Of a stretch of DNA of 64,000 bases, positions 10,801 to 19,622 are shown one piece after another. Every line of letters starts with the position of its first letter. Positions within the stretch are counted from its first letter, which is position 1. The notes under the pieces are model-generated. The model was not told where the DNA came from. It did not search any database and was given only the letters and a program-made list of their open reading frames with translations. Position numbers and translations under genes: made by a program. Source of the DNA: Escherichia coli (lineage in GTDB: Bacteria > Pseudomonadota > Gammaproteobacteria > Enterobacterales > Enterobacteriaceae); the NCBI RefSeq assembly GCF_041886205.1, contig NZ_CP169029.1; one strand, given 5' to 3'.

Positions 10801-11618
10801 TCATTTGCAAGTGAGAGATGCTTACGCAGGCGCATTTCAACCGAAGCGAAGCGTAACAGATAGCCAGGCTGCCTGTTATCCGGGGTAACCGTAATGAGAT
10901 GGGCATCATAATCCCAGTCGAAGCGGATGAATTGCAATGCAATGACAACCTCAGTGGCATATTCCAGACCACCTTCCTGGACAATTTGATCCATTAACTC
11001 TTCATGATCGTTACGATTGAAGCCTTGTTCCAGCGCAACCAGTACCGCCAGTACCATCGGAGGTAGCGTGGTGCTAATTGGCGAGTCGATAAGGCCTACT
11101 GCTTGTGTAATTGCCTGCTGCCAGTCGAGTGAACAGGTACTGTAATCGAAGGTGAGCACCTTTTTAAAACGCCGGTGAGTATTCGCGGCAACGGTGCGTA
11201 GCAGGGTTAATTCATCCTCCTGCTGCACCGGATCGCCAGGCCAGCGTCGATGACTGAGTGTGGTTGGCGCAATCTCTGTCGGTAACATGATTTGGGCACC
11301 GTCTGCCAGCCAGGGGAGGAGGTCACCAGCAAATGCTGGTTTGTCTTGTGGCAAAGGGGTAATTTCAGGGCATTCAATAACCTGGCCGGGTGCAAATGTC
11401 GCTGTCATCACGGATACTTCTTCTACGTAGCCCTTTTTTGTTTTCTCCGCAATCAGCTTCAGCTCCGCTTTTTCCGCCGCCGCAGCATCTGCAAAGCTTT
11501 TTACCTGACTTTGCCCGTTACTGCCGACTTTACCCCAGTTAATATGCAGCTCGTTTCCCTGCTGCTCCACCGCCCAGAATTTATGTGATTTTTCGTCCTG
11601 ATAAATATAGGTTTTCAT
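7860..11618 (-). CDS. Intact WGR-domain + DUF4132 giant protein (1252 aa), molR-like
   Basis: ORF 7860..11618. The N-terminus MKTYIYQDEKSHKFWAVEQQGNELHINWGKVGSNGQSQVKSF...KKGY is a WGR-type module with a WGK variant of the WGR motif. The remainder is collinear with yehI. A 12-nt spacer with AAGGA precedes the ATG. Confidence 0.9.
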   Translation of the reverse strand: MKTYIYQDEKSHKFWAVEQQGNELHINWGKVGSNGQSQVKSFADAAAAEKAELKLIAEKTKKGYVEEVSVMTATFAPGQVIECPEITPLPQDKPAFAGDLLPWLADGAQIMLPTEIAPTTLSHRRWPGDPVQQEDELTLLRTVAANTHRRFKKVLTFDYSTCSLDWQQAITQAVGLIDSPISTTLPPMVLAVLVALEQGFNRNDHEELMDQIVQEGGLEYATEVVIALQFIRFDWDYDAHLITVTPDNRQPGYLLRFASVEMRLRKHLSLANDDVWQRCADKLIAALGNMPTWHQPLVALLLPEKPEIAHEIARHLCGQKGLYALEWLKLTAADEQVLAELGKYYPGQPGQVFDDYYGGKIWCATILKEQGVAALARFAPYAAGDTCGEVLMHINHPQALTLLIHASEQGKRCHDRMTKAFVRFPHAALAALAELLAKKDEKRWRMMLMTMLISQPTLAERVISWLSAPAVTVLKSCQQQLTQPSVYANADMLPAVLVSPPWLAKKKKSTISVLDLAPLSLESFCTINETKSKTLQVQHNWQPHQQAEGEKAFLTSLGFNRWDWNKHRGYIDVPEIALDALQREDYSALIDAFKSYNSPYQGEWNLSSLHVLPINKAIEMWNILSKEPHTGATQVMLHLRLAGLTGFIHSASRYPQEALPVAQYFAAIELAPLIARAFNKLKTLRENARSWLLKYPEHALTGLLPAALGKAGEAQDNARAALRMLTENGHQPLLQEIARRYNQPEVTDAVNALLALDPLDNHPTKIPTLPAFYQPSLWTRPVLKANAQSLPDRALLHLGEMLRFPQEEVLYPGILQVKDACTADSLAEFAWDLFTAWQTAGAPSKESWAFTALGVLGNDDTARKLTPLIRAWPGESQHKRATVGLDILAAIGSDIALMQLNGIAQKLKFKALQERAKEKIADIAESRELTVAELEDRLAPDLGLDDNGSLLLDFGPRQFTVSFDETLKPFVRDASGSRLKDLPKPNKSDDESQANDAVNRYKLLKKDARTVAAQQVARLESAMCLRRRWSLENFQLFLVEHPLVRHLTRRLIWGVYSAENQLLACFRVAEDNSYSTADDDLFTLPEGDISIGTPHVLEISPTDAAAFGQLFADYELLPPFRQLDRNSYALTEAERNASELTRWAGRKCPSGRVMGLANKGWIKGEPQDGGWIGWMIKPLGRWSLIMEIDEGFAVGMSPAELSAEQLLSKLWLWEGKAESYGWGSNSTQEAQFSVLDAITASELINDIEALFE

Positions 11619-11630
11619 TGCTAAATCCTT

Positions 11631-14600
11631 TTAATCAAACAGTGATTCAATATCGTTAATCAGCTCGCTGGCGGTGATGTCGTCGAGCACGGAGAAGGGA
11701 TAAACCGATTTGCGCGGCGTCAGTTTGCACAACTGAATGTGCTCAATTTTTTGGCTATCGCTGATTTCGGTGACGGGCAATCCAACGCAGAAGCCTGGTG
11801 TCACACTCAGTTCGACGTAGCCATCATCCACAGATTTATAAAATGAGTAATAGCCGCCACCATCCAGCACATCGCCCCGTTGCCAGCCTTTATTCATCAG
11901 CCCGGCGACGCGCCCACTCGCTGCCTGGCGACCAGCCCAGCGCTGCAAATCGCTGCTGCTTTTTTCTGTCTCAGAGAGCTGAGACCAGGGGCGATCAAGT
12001 TGACTGAATGGTGGCAATAGTTCGTAGTCAGAGAACAGTTGTGCAAATTCAGCAGCCTGCGGGGCCGGGATTTCCAGTACATGCGGGATACCGATACTGC
12101 CCTGCGCAAGGGTTAACGGGTTATCCTGACCGTCGCTAAAACTGCCATCCTCCGCCACGCGGAAACAGGAAATAAGCTGATTATCAGCGTCATAAATGCC
12201 CCACATCAGACGTTGGGTGATATGACGAACCAGGGGATGCTCAACCAGAAACAGGCGGAACTGTTCTGCAGTCCAGCGGCGACGCTGACACATGGCGGCT
12301 TCCAGACGCGAAATCTGTTGTGCAGCTACCGTGCGGACATCTTTTTTCAACAACTTGTAGCGATTTACCGCTTCCTCAGCCAGCGTTTCATCATCGCTTT
12401 TGTTCGGTTTGGGCAGATCTTTCAGACGGTTGCCGGAAGCTTCGCGCACAAACGGTTTTAAGGATTCATCAAAGCTGACGGTGAACAGGCGTGGGCCGAA
12501 ATCCAGCAGTAGTGAGCCGTTATCATCCAGACCGAGATCGGGGGCTAACCGGTCTTCCATCTCTGCGACGGTGAGCTGGCGGCTTTCGGCAATCTGGGCG
12601 ATTTTAGTTCTAGCCTGATCCTGCAAGGCTTTAAATTTTAGCTTTTGCGCAATACCGTTAAGTTGCATCAGGGCGATATCGCTGCCGATAGCAGCAAGAA
12701 TATCCAGCCCGACAGTGGCGCGTTTATGCTGAGATTCCCCCGGCCATGCGCGGATGAGCGGGGTGAGTTTGCGGGCGGTGTCATCGTTACCCAGAATCCC
12801 CAGTGCGGTAAATGCCCAGTTATCTTTGGCTGACCCGCTTGCAATCTCCCAGCTCAAGAAGAGATCCCAGGCGAAATCGGCAAGAGACTGCGGGGTACAG
12901 GCCTCGATTACCTGTGTTATCCCCGGGTAAAGGGTGGCTTCGCGGGGAAAAGAGAGCATGGTGCACAGTTGCAGGATAGCTGAATCCGGAAGTGCCTTGC
13001 CGTTACTGCGCAGAAGCGGGCGGTGCCATACTTCAGGGGTACACCAGGCGGGGAGTTTAGCGATTTTCTGCGGAAAATTATCGAGGGGGTCGCTGTTAAG
13101 AACATCTAACAAACCCGTAAGCACTTCTGCCTGATTATAGCGGTGGGCAATTTCTTCCATTAACGGCTGATGCCCATGATGAGCCAGATAGCGAATTGCC
13201 GTAGCGGCGTCTTCACGCTCACTACCTGCTTTTCCCAGCACGGAAGGCAGCAGGCCCGTAATGGCATGTTCCGGATAGGTTAACAACCAACGTTCAGCAA
13301 CATCACGTACAGATTTAAGCTGACGAAAGGCGCGAGCCATTAAGGGGGCTACTTCGGTTGCGCCAAAACGTGCCGCTAAAGGAATGGCTTCCTGAGGTAC
13401 GACTAAGGCGCGACGCAGCAAGCCGGGCAATGTCGGAAGACCGTAATATTCCACTACTTCACATGCGTTAATCAGATGTAGGTGAGTCAGTGCGTTCCAT
13501 ATTTTCAGTGCTTTATTTTCTGATAACTGAAGCAATACCGACACATTGACAAGGATATGACTTGCCCACCGAGGTTTATCCCAGATCTTTAATAAAGCTT
13601 CGTAATTGTCCTGCTCGAAAAAATCAATGGCAGCCTGAGGTATACCCCAACCAAGCTCTTCGCAATGGAAGTTCAACAAATCCAGGATATCTTTCGCTGA
13701 TGGGGATGGCGCAGATGGCTCAGTCAGATTTTTTGTTGCGGGGATAGATTCAGGGGGGGAAGAGGTAATACCCGGAGAGTGAGGTTGATACCAGCAATCT
13801 TTTTCTTTTTTTCCAACCATGAAGGGGCGATCAATATACTGGGTAATTCATTCTTATGAGCAATTTTTTCGATGGACATAAGCTGAGGAAAATAACTAAA
13901 TAAAATTTGTTGCTGTTTTTCGTCAAGCCAGGGAAGCGTTTTATGTAAGGCTTGCGCATTACCCAAGATGATGCGCTGCAGTAAACGATAATAGTGAGAG
14001 TTATTTGTGTAATTTAAGGCTTTTGTTAATGCATAAAGTGCAGCTTCAGGATGTAAATTTGTTGCGTGTTCCACTTCACTGATACATTCTTCTTTTATTA
14101 ATATATTAATGGCGTCAGGATGATTAACTTGTGTAATTAGATTTTTAACTGAATAACTATCCTTTATCCATGGCTGAAGAAGTGGAAGAGCTTTTACCCC
14201 TCGTTCACGCAGTAATGTCGCAGTGCATTTTTCCGCCGTCTGCCAGTCGTTATAGCGCTTAAGTTGGTTAAGATTCATCAATTCATTGAGTGCCTGCGGA
14301 TCTGTGGCAACGATATCCAACCATTCCATTTCTGGGTAATTAGCACATTGCACTAAGTCAAAGACAATTTGATTAGCAATTTCAGGTTGTTCAGGCAAAA
14401 GAAAACCTATTAAAGGGCGTTTACGTGGAGACAGGGAAGGCAACGCTTGAGTAAGCTTTTTCATGCACCGTTGCCATGTTTTTTCATCAATACGCGAGAG
14501 ATGATTTCGCAAGTGAAAATCTACAGTGCTGAAGCCGAATTCAAAACGTTGTTCTGATATTGTGTTACTTAGAATAAGCGTTGGTACGCAATTTTTTGTA

Positions 14601-15370
14601 AAAAAATTGTATCCCATGCGAACATACAAAAGGCATTTATCTAAAGCTTCACAATTTCCCGGATCTTGATTTTGATCATCTGATATCTGAATTTGCTGTA
14701 ATAGCAAGACTAATTCGGTCGCGTATTCTACCCCATGCTGTTGCGCCAGATAATCAAAAAGATCATTAGCGCTATCGCTATCTTGCATAAGAAACTTGAC
14801 CAGCAAAAAGAATGCATTGGAGAAAATCGAACCGTCTATATTTTTCTGCTGAACGCGCATGATTGCTTCATCCCGGCCTCGTTGCCATTCCGGGCGGCAG
14901 TCACTCACATCAAAATGCTGTAATTGTGCAAGAAAATAGTATTCCTCATATTTGTTTTCCCATAAGAGTGACCATAACGAGATATCTTTAGCAAACGTCC
15001 TGACACTGTCGGCTGGGAATTTCCTACTGCTAAATACTCTCTTTGTTTCGAGAATGATTGGTTCAAGGTCCGCAATCCACGGTGGTGTGTCGACATCAGT
15101 AATAATTGGATGTTGTTCGCTATCATCAGCTGTGGTGGGAACAGTTATCAGCATGTTTATATCGTCAGTCGATTTTACATACCCCTTCTTCACCTTCTCC
15201 GCAATCAACTTCAGCTCCGCTTTTTCCGCCGTTGCAGCATCCGCAAAACTTTTTACCTGGCTTTGCCCTTGGGTGCCAACTTTTCCCCAACTGATATGCA
15301 ACTCGTTTCCCTGTTGCTCCACCGCCCAGAATTTATGTGATTTTTCGTCCTGATAGATAAAGCGTCTCAT
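11631..15370 (-). pseudogene. molR: WGR + DUF4132 paralogue with a broken reading frame (molR/yehH-like)
   Basis: Two ORFs, 15370->13724 (548 codons, WGR N-terminus MRRFIYQDEKSHKFWAVEQQGNELHISWGKVG...) and 13820->11631 (729 codons), overlap by 97 nt in different frames. Joined, they are collinear with the 1252-aa neighbour. The downstream frame is -1 relative to the upstream frame. The gene symbol is tentative. Confidence 0.75.
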
Positions 15371-15468
15371 TCTGCATCCCTGTAATTTTATCCAGTTGAA
15401 TGCAGATGCTACCAGTATTTATGCGGGTTAGAGAGAGACAAAATCGCAAGAAAACAACTTTAGGAATT

Positions 15469-15501
15469 TATAAAGAAAAGGCGCTGTCGATGCAGCGCCT
15501 T
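15469..15501 (-). terminator. Rho-independent terminator of metG
   Basis: Stem AAGGCGCTG (15478-15486) / CAGCGCCTT (15493-15501). On the minus strand it is followed by TTCTTTAT. It lies 10 nt after the metG stop. Confidence 0.75.
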
Positions 15502-15510
15502 GAAGGGGGA

Positions 15511-17544
15511 TTATTTCACCTGATGACCCGGTTTAGCACCGGCATCCGGGCTTAGCAGGAAGATATCTTTCCCGCCAGGACCAGCAGCCATTACCATGCC
15601 TTCGGAGATACCAAAGCGCATTTTACGCGGCGCCAGGTTAGCCACCATAATGGTGTGACGACCAATCAGAGCCTGCGGATCCGGGTAAGCAGAACGAATG
15701 CCGGAGAAAACATTACGTTTTTCACCGCCGAGATCCAGTGTCAGTCGCAGCAGTTTGTCAGAACCTTCAACAAACTCTGCATTTTCAATCAGCGCCACGC
15801 GCAGGTCAACTTTAGCGAAGTCGTCAAAGGTGATGGTTTCCTGAATCGGATCGTCTGCCAGCGGGCCAGTAACTGTCGCGGCAGCTGCTTTCACTTCTTC
15901 TTTAGAGGCTTCCACCAGTGCTTCAACCTGCTTCATATCGATGCGGTTATACAGCGCCTTGAACGGATTCACTTTGTGGCCCAGCAGCGGTTGCTGGATA
16001 CCATCCCAGGTCAGTTCCGTATTGAGGAATGCTTCTGCACGCTCGGTCAGTTTCGGCAGTACCGGCTTCAGGTAAGTCATCAGCACGCGGAACAGGTTTA
16101 TGCCCATTGAGCAAATTGCCTGCAGGTCGGCATCGCGGCCTTCCTGTTTCGCCACAACCCACGGAGCCTGTTCATCGACATAGCGGTTAGCCAGATCAGC
16201 CAGCGCCATGATTTCGCGCACGGCTTTACCAAATTCGCGGCTTTCCCACGCTTCACCAATCACTTCAGCGGCATCAGTGAAGGTTTTGTACAACTGCGGG
16301 TCAGCCAGTTCGCTTGCCAGCACACCGTCAAAACGCTTGTTGATAAAGCCCGCATTACGAGAGGCCAGGTTAACCACTTTGTTAACGATATCGGCATTCA
16401 CGCGCTGAACGAAATCTTCCAGGTTGAGATCGATATCATCAATGCGCGAAGAGAGTTTCGCAGTGTAGTAGTAACGCAGGCTGTCAGCGTCAAAATGATT
16501 CAGCCAGGTGCTGGCTTTAATAAAGGTACCGCGAGACTTAGACATCTTCGCGCCGTTCACCGTCACATAGCCATGAACAAACAGGTTGGTCGGCTTGCGG
16601 AAGTTGCTGCCTTCCAGCATTGCTGGCCAGAACAGACTGTGGAAGTAAACAATATCTTTACCGATGAAGTGGTACAGCTCGGCGGTGGAGTCTTTCTTCC
16701 AGTATTCATCGAAGCTTACGCTGTCGCCGCGCTTGTCGCACAGATTCTTGAAAGAACCCATATAGCCAATCGGCGCATCTAGCCAGACGTAGAAATATTT
16801 ACCCGGCGCGTTCGGAATTTCAAAACCGAAGTACGGCGCGTCGCGGGAGATATCCCACTGTTGCAGGCCGGATTCAAACCACTCCTGCATTTTATTTGCC
16901 ACCTGCTCCTGCAACGCACCGCTGCGGGTCCATGCCTGCAACATTTCGCTGAAAGAGGGCAGATCAAAGAAGAAGTGTTCAGAATCACGCATTACCGGCG
17001 TAGCGCCAGAAACCACCGATTTCGGCTCGATCAATTCAGTCGGGCTGTAGGTCGCGCCGCAAACTTCGCAGTTATCGCCGTATTGATCCGGGGATTTACA
17101 TTTCGGGCAGGTGCCTTTCACAAAACGGTCCGGCAGGAACATGCCTTTTTCCGGATCGTACAGCTGAGAGATGGTGCGGTTTTTAATAAAACCGTTTTCT
17201 TTCAAGCGAGTATAGATAAGCTCAGACAACTGGCGGTTCTCTTCGCTGTGCGTCGAGTGATAGTTGTCATAGCTGATGTTAAAGCCTGCGAAATCAGTCT
17301 GATGCTCCTGACTCATTTCGCCAATCATCTGCTCCGGGGTGATACCAAGCTGCTGAGCTTTCAGCATGATTGGCGTACCGTGGGCATCGTCGGCGCAGAT
17401 GAAGTTGACCTCGTGGCCGCGCATTCGCTGGTAACGGACCCAGACATCAGCCTGGATGTGCTCCAGCATATGGCCGAGGTGGATTGAGCCGTTAGCGTAC
17501 GGCAGTGCGCACGTCACCAGAATTTTCTTCGCGACTTGAGTCAT
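15511..17544 (-). CDS. metG: Methionyl-tRNA synthetase (677 aa)
   Basis: ORF 15511..17553. The start is taken at [25 protein letters not shown] (HIGH-type motif). The KMSKS motif is present (GAKMSKSRG), as are the zinc knuckles CPKC...CEVC. Confidence 0.97.
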   Translation of the reverse strand: MTQVAKKILVTCALPYANGSIHLGHMLEHIQADVWVRYQRMRGHEVNFICADDAHGTPIMLKAQQLGITPEQMIGEMSQEHQTDFAGFNISYDNYHSTHSEENRQLSELIYTRLKENGFIKNRTISQLYDPEKGMFLPDRFVKGTCPKCKSPDQYGDNCEVCGATYSPTELIEPKSVVSGATPVMRDSEHFFFDLPSFSEMLQAWTRSGALQEQVANKMQEWFESGLQQWDISRDAPYFGFEIPNAPGKYFYVWLDAPIGYMGSFKNLCDKRGDSVSFDEYWKKDSTAELYHFIGKDIVYFHSLFWPAMLEGSNFRKPTNLFVHGYVTVNGAKMSKSRGTFIKASTWLNHFDADSLRYYYTAKLSSRIDDIDLNLEDFVQRVNADIVNKVVNLASRNAGFINKRFDGVLASELADPQLYKTFTDAAEVIGEAWESREFGKAVREIMALADLANRYVDEQAPWVVAKQEGRDADLQAICSMGINLFRVLMTYLKPVLPKLTERAEAFLNTELTWDGIQQPLLGHKVNPFKALYNRIDMKQVEALVEASKEEVKAAAATVTGPLADDPIQETITFDDFAKVDLRVALIENAEFVEGSDKLLRLTLDLGGEKRNVFSGIRSAYPDPQALIGRHTIMVANLAPRKMRFGISEGMVMAAGPGGKDIFLLSPDAGAKPGHQVK

Positions 17545-17675
17545 AGTAGGCATTACTTCTTAATAGTGAAAAGGGGTTAGATAGTACCAAATGGGAAAAT
17601 GTTAAGTAAGTACTTCTCTATATTCTTCAGGTAAACTATCAGCTGATGGTTTATCTATACAAAAAAGGAGTCGGG

Positions 17676-18785
17676 ATGAACGAACAATCCCAGGCCAAAT
17701 CACCAGAAGCCTTGCGCGCAATGGTCGCCGGGACACTGGCCAATTTTCAGCACCCAACCCTGAAGCATAACCTCACCACGCTGAAAGCGTTGCACCATGT
17801 CGCCTGGATGGACGACACGTTGCATGTGGAACTGGTTATGCCATTCGTCTGGCATAGCGCGTTTGAAGAGTTAAAAGAGCAATGTAGCGCCGAACTGCTG
17901 CGTATCACCGGGGCGAAAGCTATCGACTGGAAACTGTCGCACAATATCGCCACCTTAAAACGCGTGAAGAATCAGCCGGGTATTAATGGCGTGAAGAACA
18001 TCATTGCGGTCAGTTCCGGTAAAGGCGGCGTGGGTAAATCCTCCACGGCGGTAAACCTGGCGCTGGCACTGGCGGCGGAAGGGGCGAAAGTCGGCATTCT
18101 GGACGCCGATATCTACGGCCCATCAATTCCCACCATGCTGGGCGCAGAAAATCAGCGTCCAACTTCGCCGGACGGTACCCATATGGCACCGATTATGTCT
18201 CATGGCCTGGCAACCAATTCAATTGGTTATCTGGTCACTGACGACAATGCGATGGTGTGGCGTGGACCGATGGCGAGCAAGGCGTTAATGCAGATGTTGC
18301 AGGAAACCTTGTGGCCGGATCTGGACTATCTGGTACTCGACATGCCGCCAGGAACCGGTGACATTCAGCTGACGCTGGCGCAGAACATTCCGGTGACTGG
18401 TGCGGTAGTGGTCACCACCCCGCAGGACATCGCGCTGATCGATGCGAAAAAAGGCATTGTGATGTTCGAGAAAGTCGAAGTTCCGGTGCTCGGTATTGTC
18501 GAGAACATGAGTGTGCATATTTGCAGTAACTGTGGTCACCATGAACCGATTTTCGGTACCGGTGGTGCAGAGAAACTGGCTGAAAAATACCACACACAGC
18601 TGCTGGGGCAGATGCCGTTACACATCTCCTTACGTGAGGATCTCGATAAAGGCACGCCAACGGTTATCAGCCGTCCGGAGAGCGAATTTACCGCTATCTA
18701 TCGCCAGCTGGCTGACCGCGTTGCAGCTCAGCTCTACTGGCAGGGTGAAGTCATTCCCGGCGAGATTTCCTTCCGCGCGGTCTAA
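17676..18785 (+). CDS. apbC: Fe-S cluster carrier ATPase ApbC/Mrp (369 aa)
   Basis: ORF 17646..18785. The start is taken at MNEQSQAKSPEAL. It has the deviant Walker A SGKGGVGKS and the CSNCGH cluster-binding motif. It is divergent from metG. Confidence 0.95.
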   Translation: MNEQSQAKSPEALRAMVAGTLANFQHPTLKHNLTTLKALHHVAWMDDTLHVELVMPFVWHSAFEELKEQCSAELLRITGAKAIDWKLSHNIATLKRVKNQPGINGVKNIIAVSSGKGGVGKSSTAVNLALALAAEGAKVGILDADIYGPSIPTMLGAENQRPTSPDGTHMAPIMSHGLATNSIGYLVTDDNAMVWRGPMASKALMQMLQETLWPDLDYLVLDMPPGTGDIQLTLAQNIPVTGAVVVTTPQDIALIDAKKGIVMFEKVEVPVLGIVENMSVHICSNCGHHEPIFGTGGAEKLAEKYHTQLLGQMPLHISLREDLDKGTPTVISRPESEFTAIYRQLADRVAAQLYWQGEVIPGEISFRAV

Positions 18786-18813
18786 CGCCTATTAACCATT
18801 CTGGTTATTTTTC

Positions 18814-18856
18814 ATACACCGCAGAGATGTTACATTGATGCGGTGTATTTGTTTTT
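18814..18856 (+). terminator. Probable apbC terminator
   Basis: Stem ATACACCGCA (18814-18823) / TGCGGTGTAT (18839-18848), followed by TTGTTTTT. Confidence 0.65.
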
Positions 18857-19047
18857 GCCGCATTAATGAACACTTATTTAATACTGCGAATATTCTGCGG
18901 ACCTTCGTCCGAAACTCTACAAAGTCGATTGATCGTACAGGCAATGCTTCATTATCATCCTTCGTGGCTGTGTAGTGGATGTACAGCTATAGTTTGTTAT
19001 GCACTCATTCTATCCAGGCATAACCTTTACTACAGGGATAACGTTCA

Positions 19048-19329
19048 ATGAATAAGTATTGGCTGTCAGGAATTATTTTTCTTGCCTATGGATTGGCTTC
19101 TCCCGCATTCTCTTCACAGACTGCCACATTATCGATTAATGGCAGGATCAGTCCCCTAACATGCAGTATGACTATGGTTAATAGTCAACCTCAACAGCAT
19201 TGTGGTCAGTTAACGTATAATGTCGATACCCGTCATCAGGTTTCTTCGCCCGTCAAAGGTGTAAAGACAGAAGTGGTTGTTGCAGGTAGTGATAGCAAAC
19301 GTCGAATCGTGTTAAATCGATACGATTAA
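19048..19329 (+). CDS. yehE: Small secreted protein YehE (93 aa)
   Basis: ORF 19048..19329. It has an N-terminal signal peptide (MNKYWLSGIIFLAYGLASPAFS) and sits upstream of yehD as in the recalled K-12 order. Confidence 0.8.
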   Translation: MNKYWLSGIIFLAYGLASPAFSSQTATLSINGRISPLTCSMTMVNSQPQQHCGQLTYNVDTRHQVSSPVKGVKTEVVVAGSDSKRRIVLNRYD

Positions 19330-19360
19330 TTTGGCAACCTGATTTTAATTGCATTTAGAA

Positions 19361-19399
19361 AGCCGAAATCATTTATATAAATGATTTCGGCTTTTTTTA
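19361..19399 (+). terminator. Rho-independent terminator after yehE
   Basis: Perfect 14-bp stem AGCCGAAATCATTT / AAATGATTTCGGCT with an ATAT loop, followed by TTTTTTT. Confidence 0.85.
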
Positions 19400-19622
19400 T
19401 TGATATCAATAATACCATTTACATAAATCTACATTAATTAATAGATGCGATAAATATTTAATACTCTTAAGTATTTGTTGTATTTATATTGCATTGGTTA
19501 ATTTGTTTTAAATCAATAAAACAATATGTTTACATTGCGGCAACTTTTTTGATGTGAGAAATTTGTTTCCAAGAGATACAGACTCTTAACAACCAAAAAT
19601 AAATTTTATTAAGGAACATATT

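Noticed and set aside
11292-11588. A 98-codon antisense ORF, with a similar 76-codon ORF at 15110..15340.
   Set aside because: Their similarity only reflects the duplicated WGR-coding DNA on the other strand. They are not independent conserved genes.
16861-17487. A 208-codon ORF antisense to metG.
   Set aside because: It sits inside a universally conserved aminoacyl-tRNA synthetase gene. It has no start context and its composition is that of a complementary-strand artefact.
18866-19051. A 61-codon ORF upstream of yehE.
   Set aside because: It has no ribosome-binding site, lies in AT-rich intergenic DNA and overlaps the yehE start. It is probably spurious.
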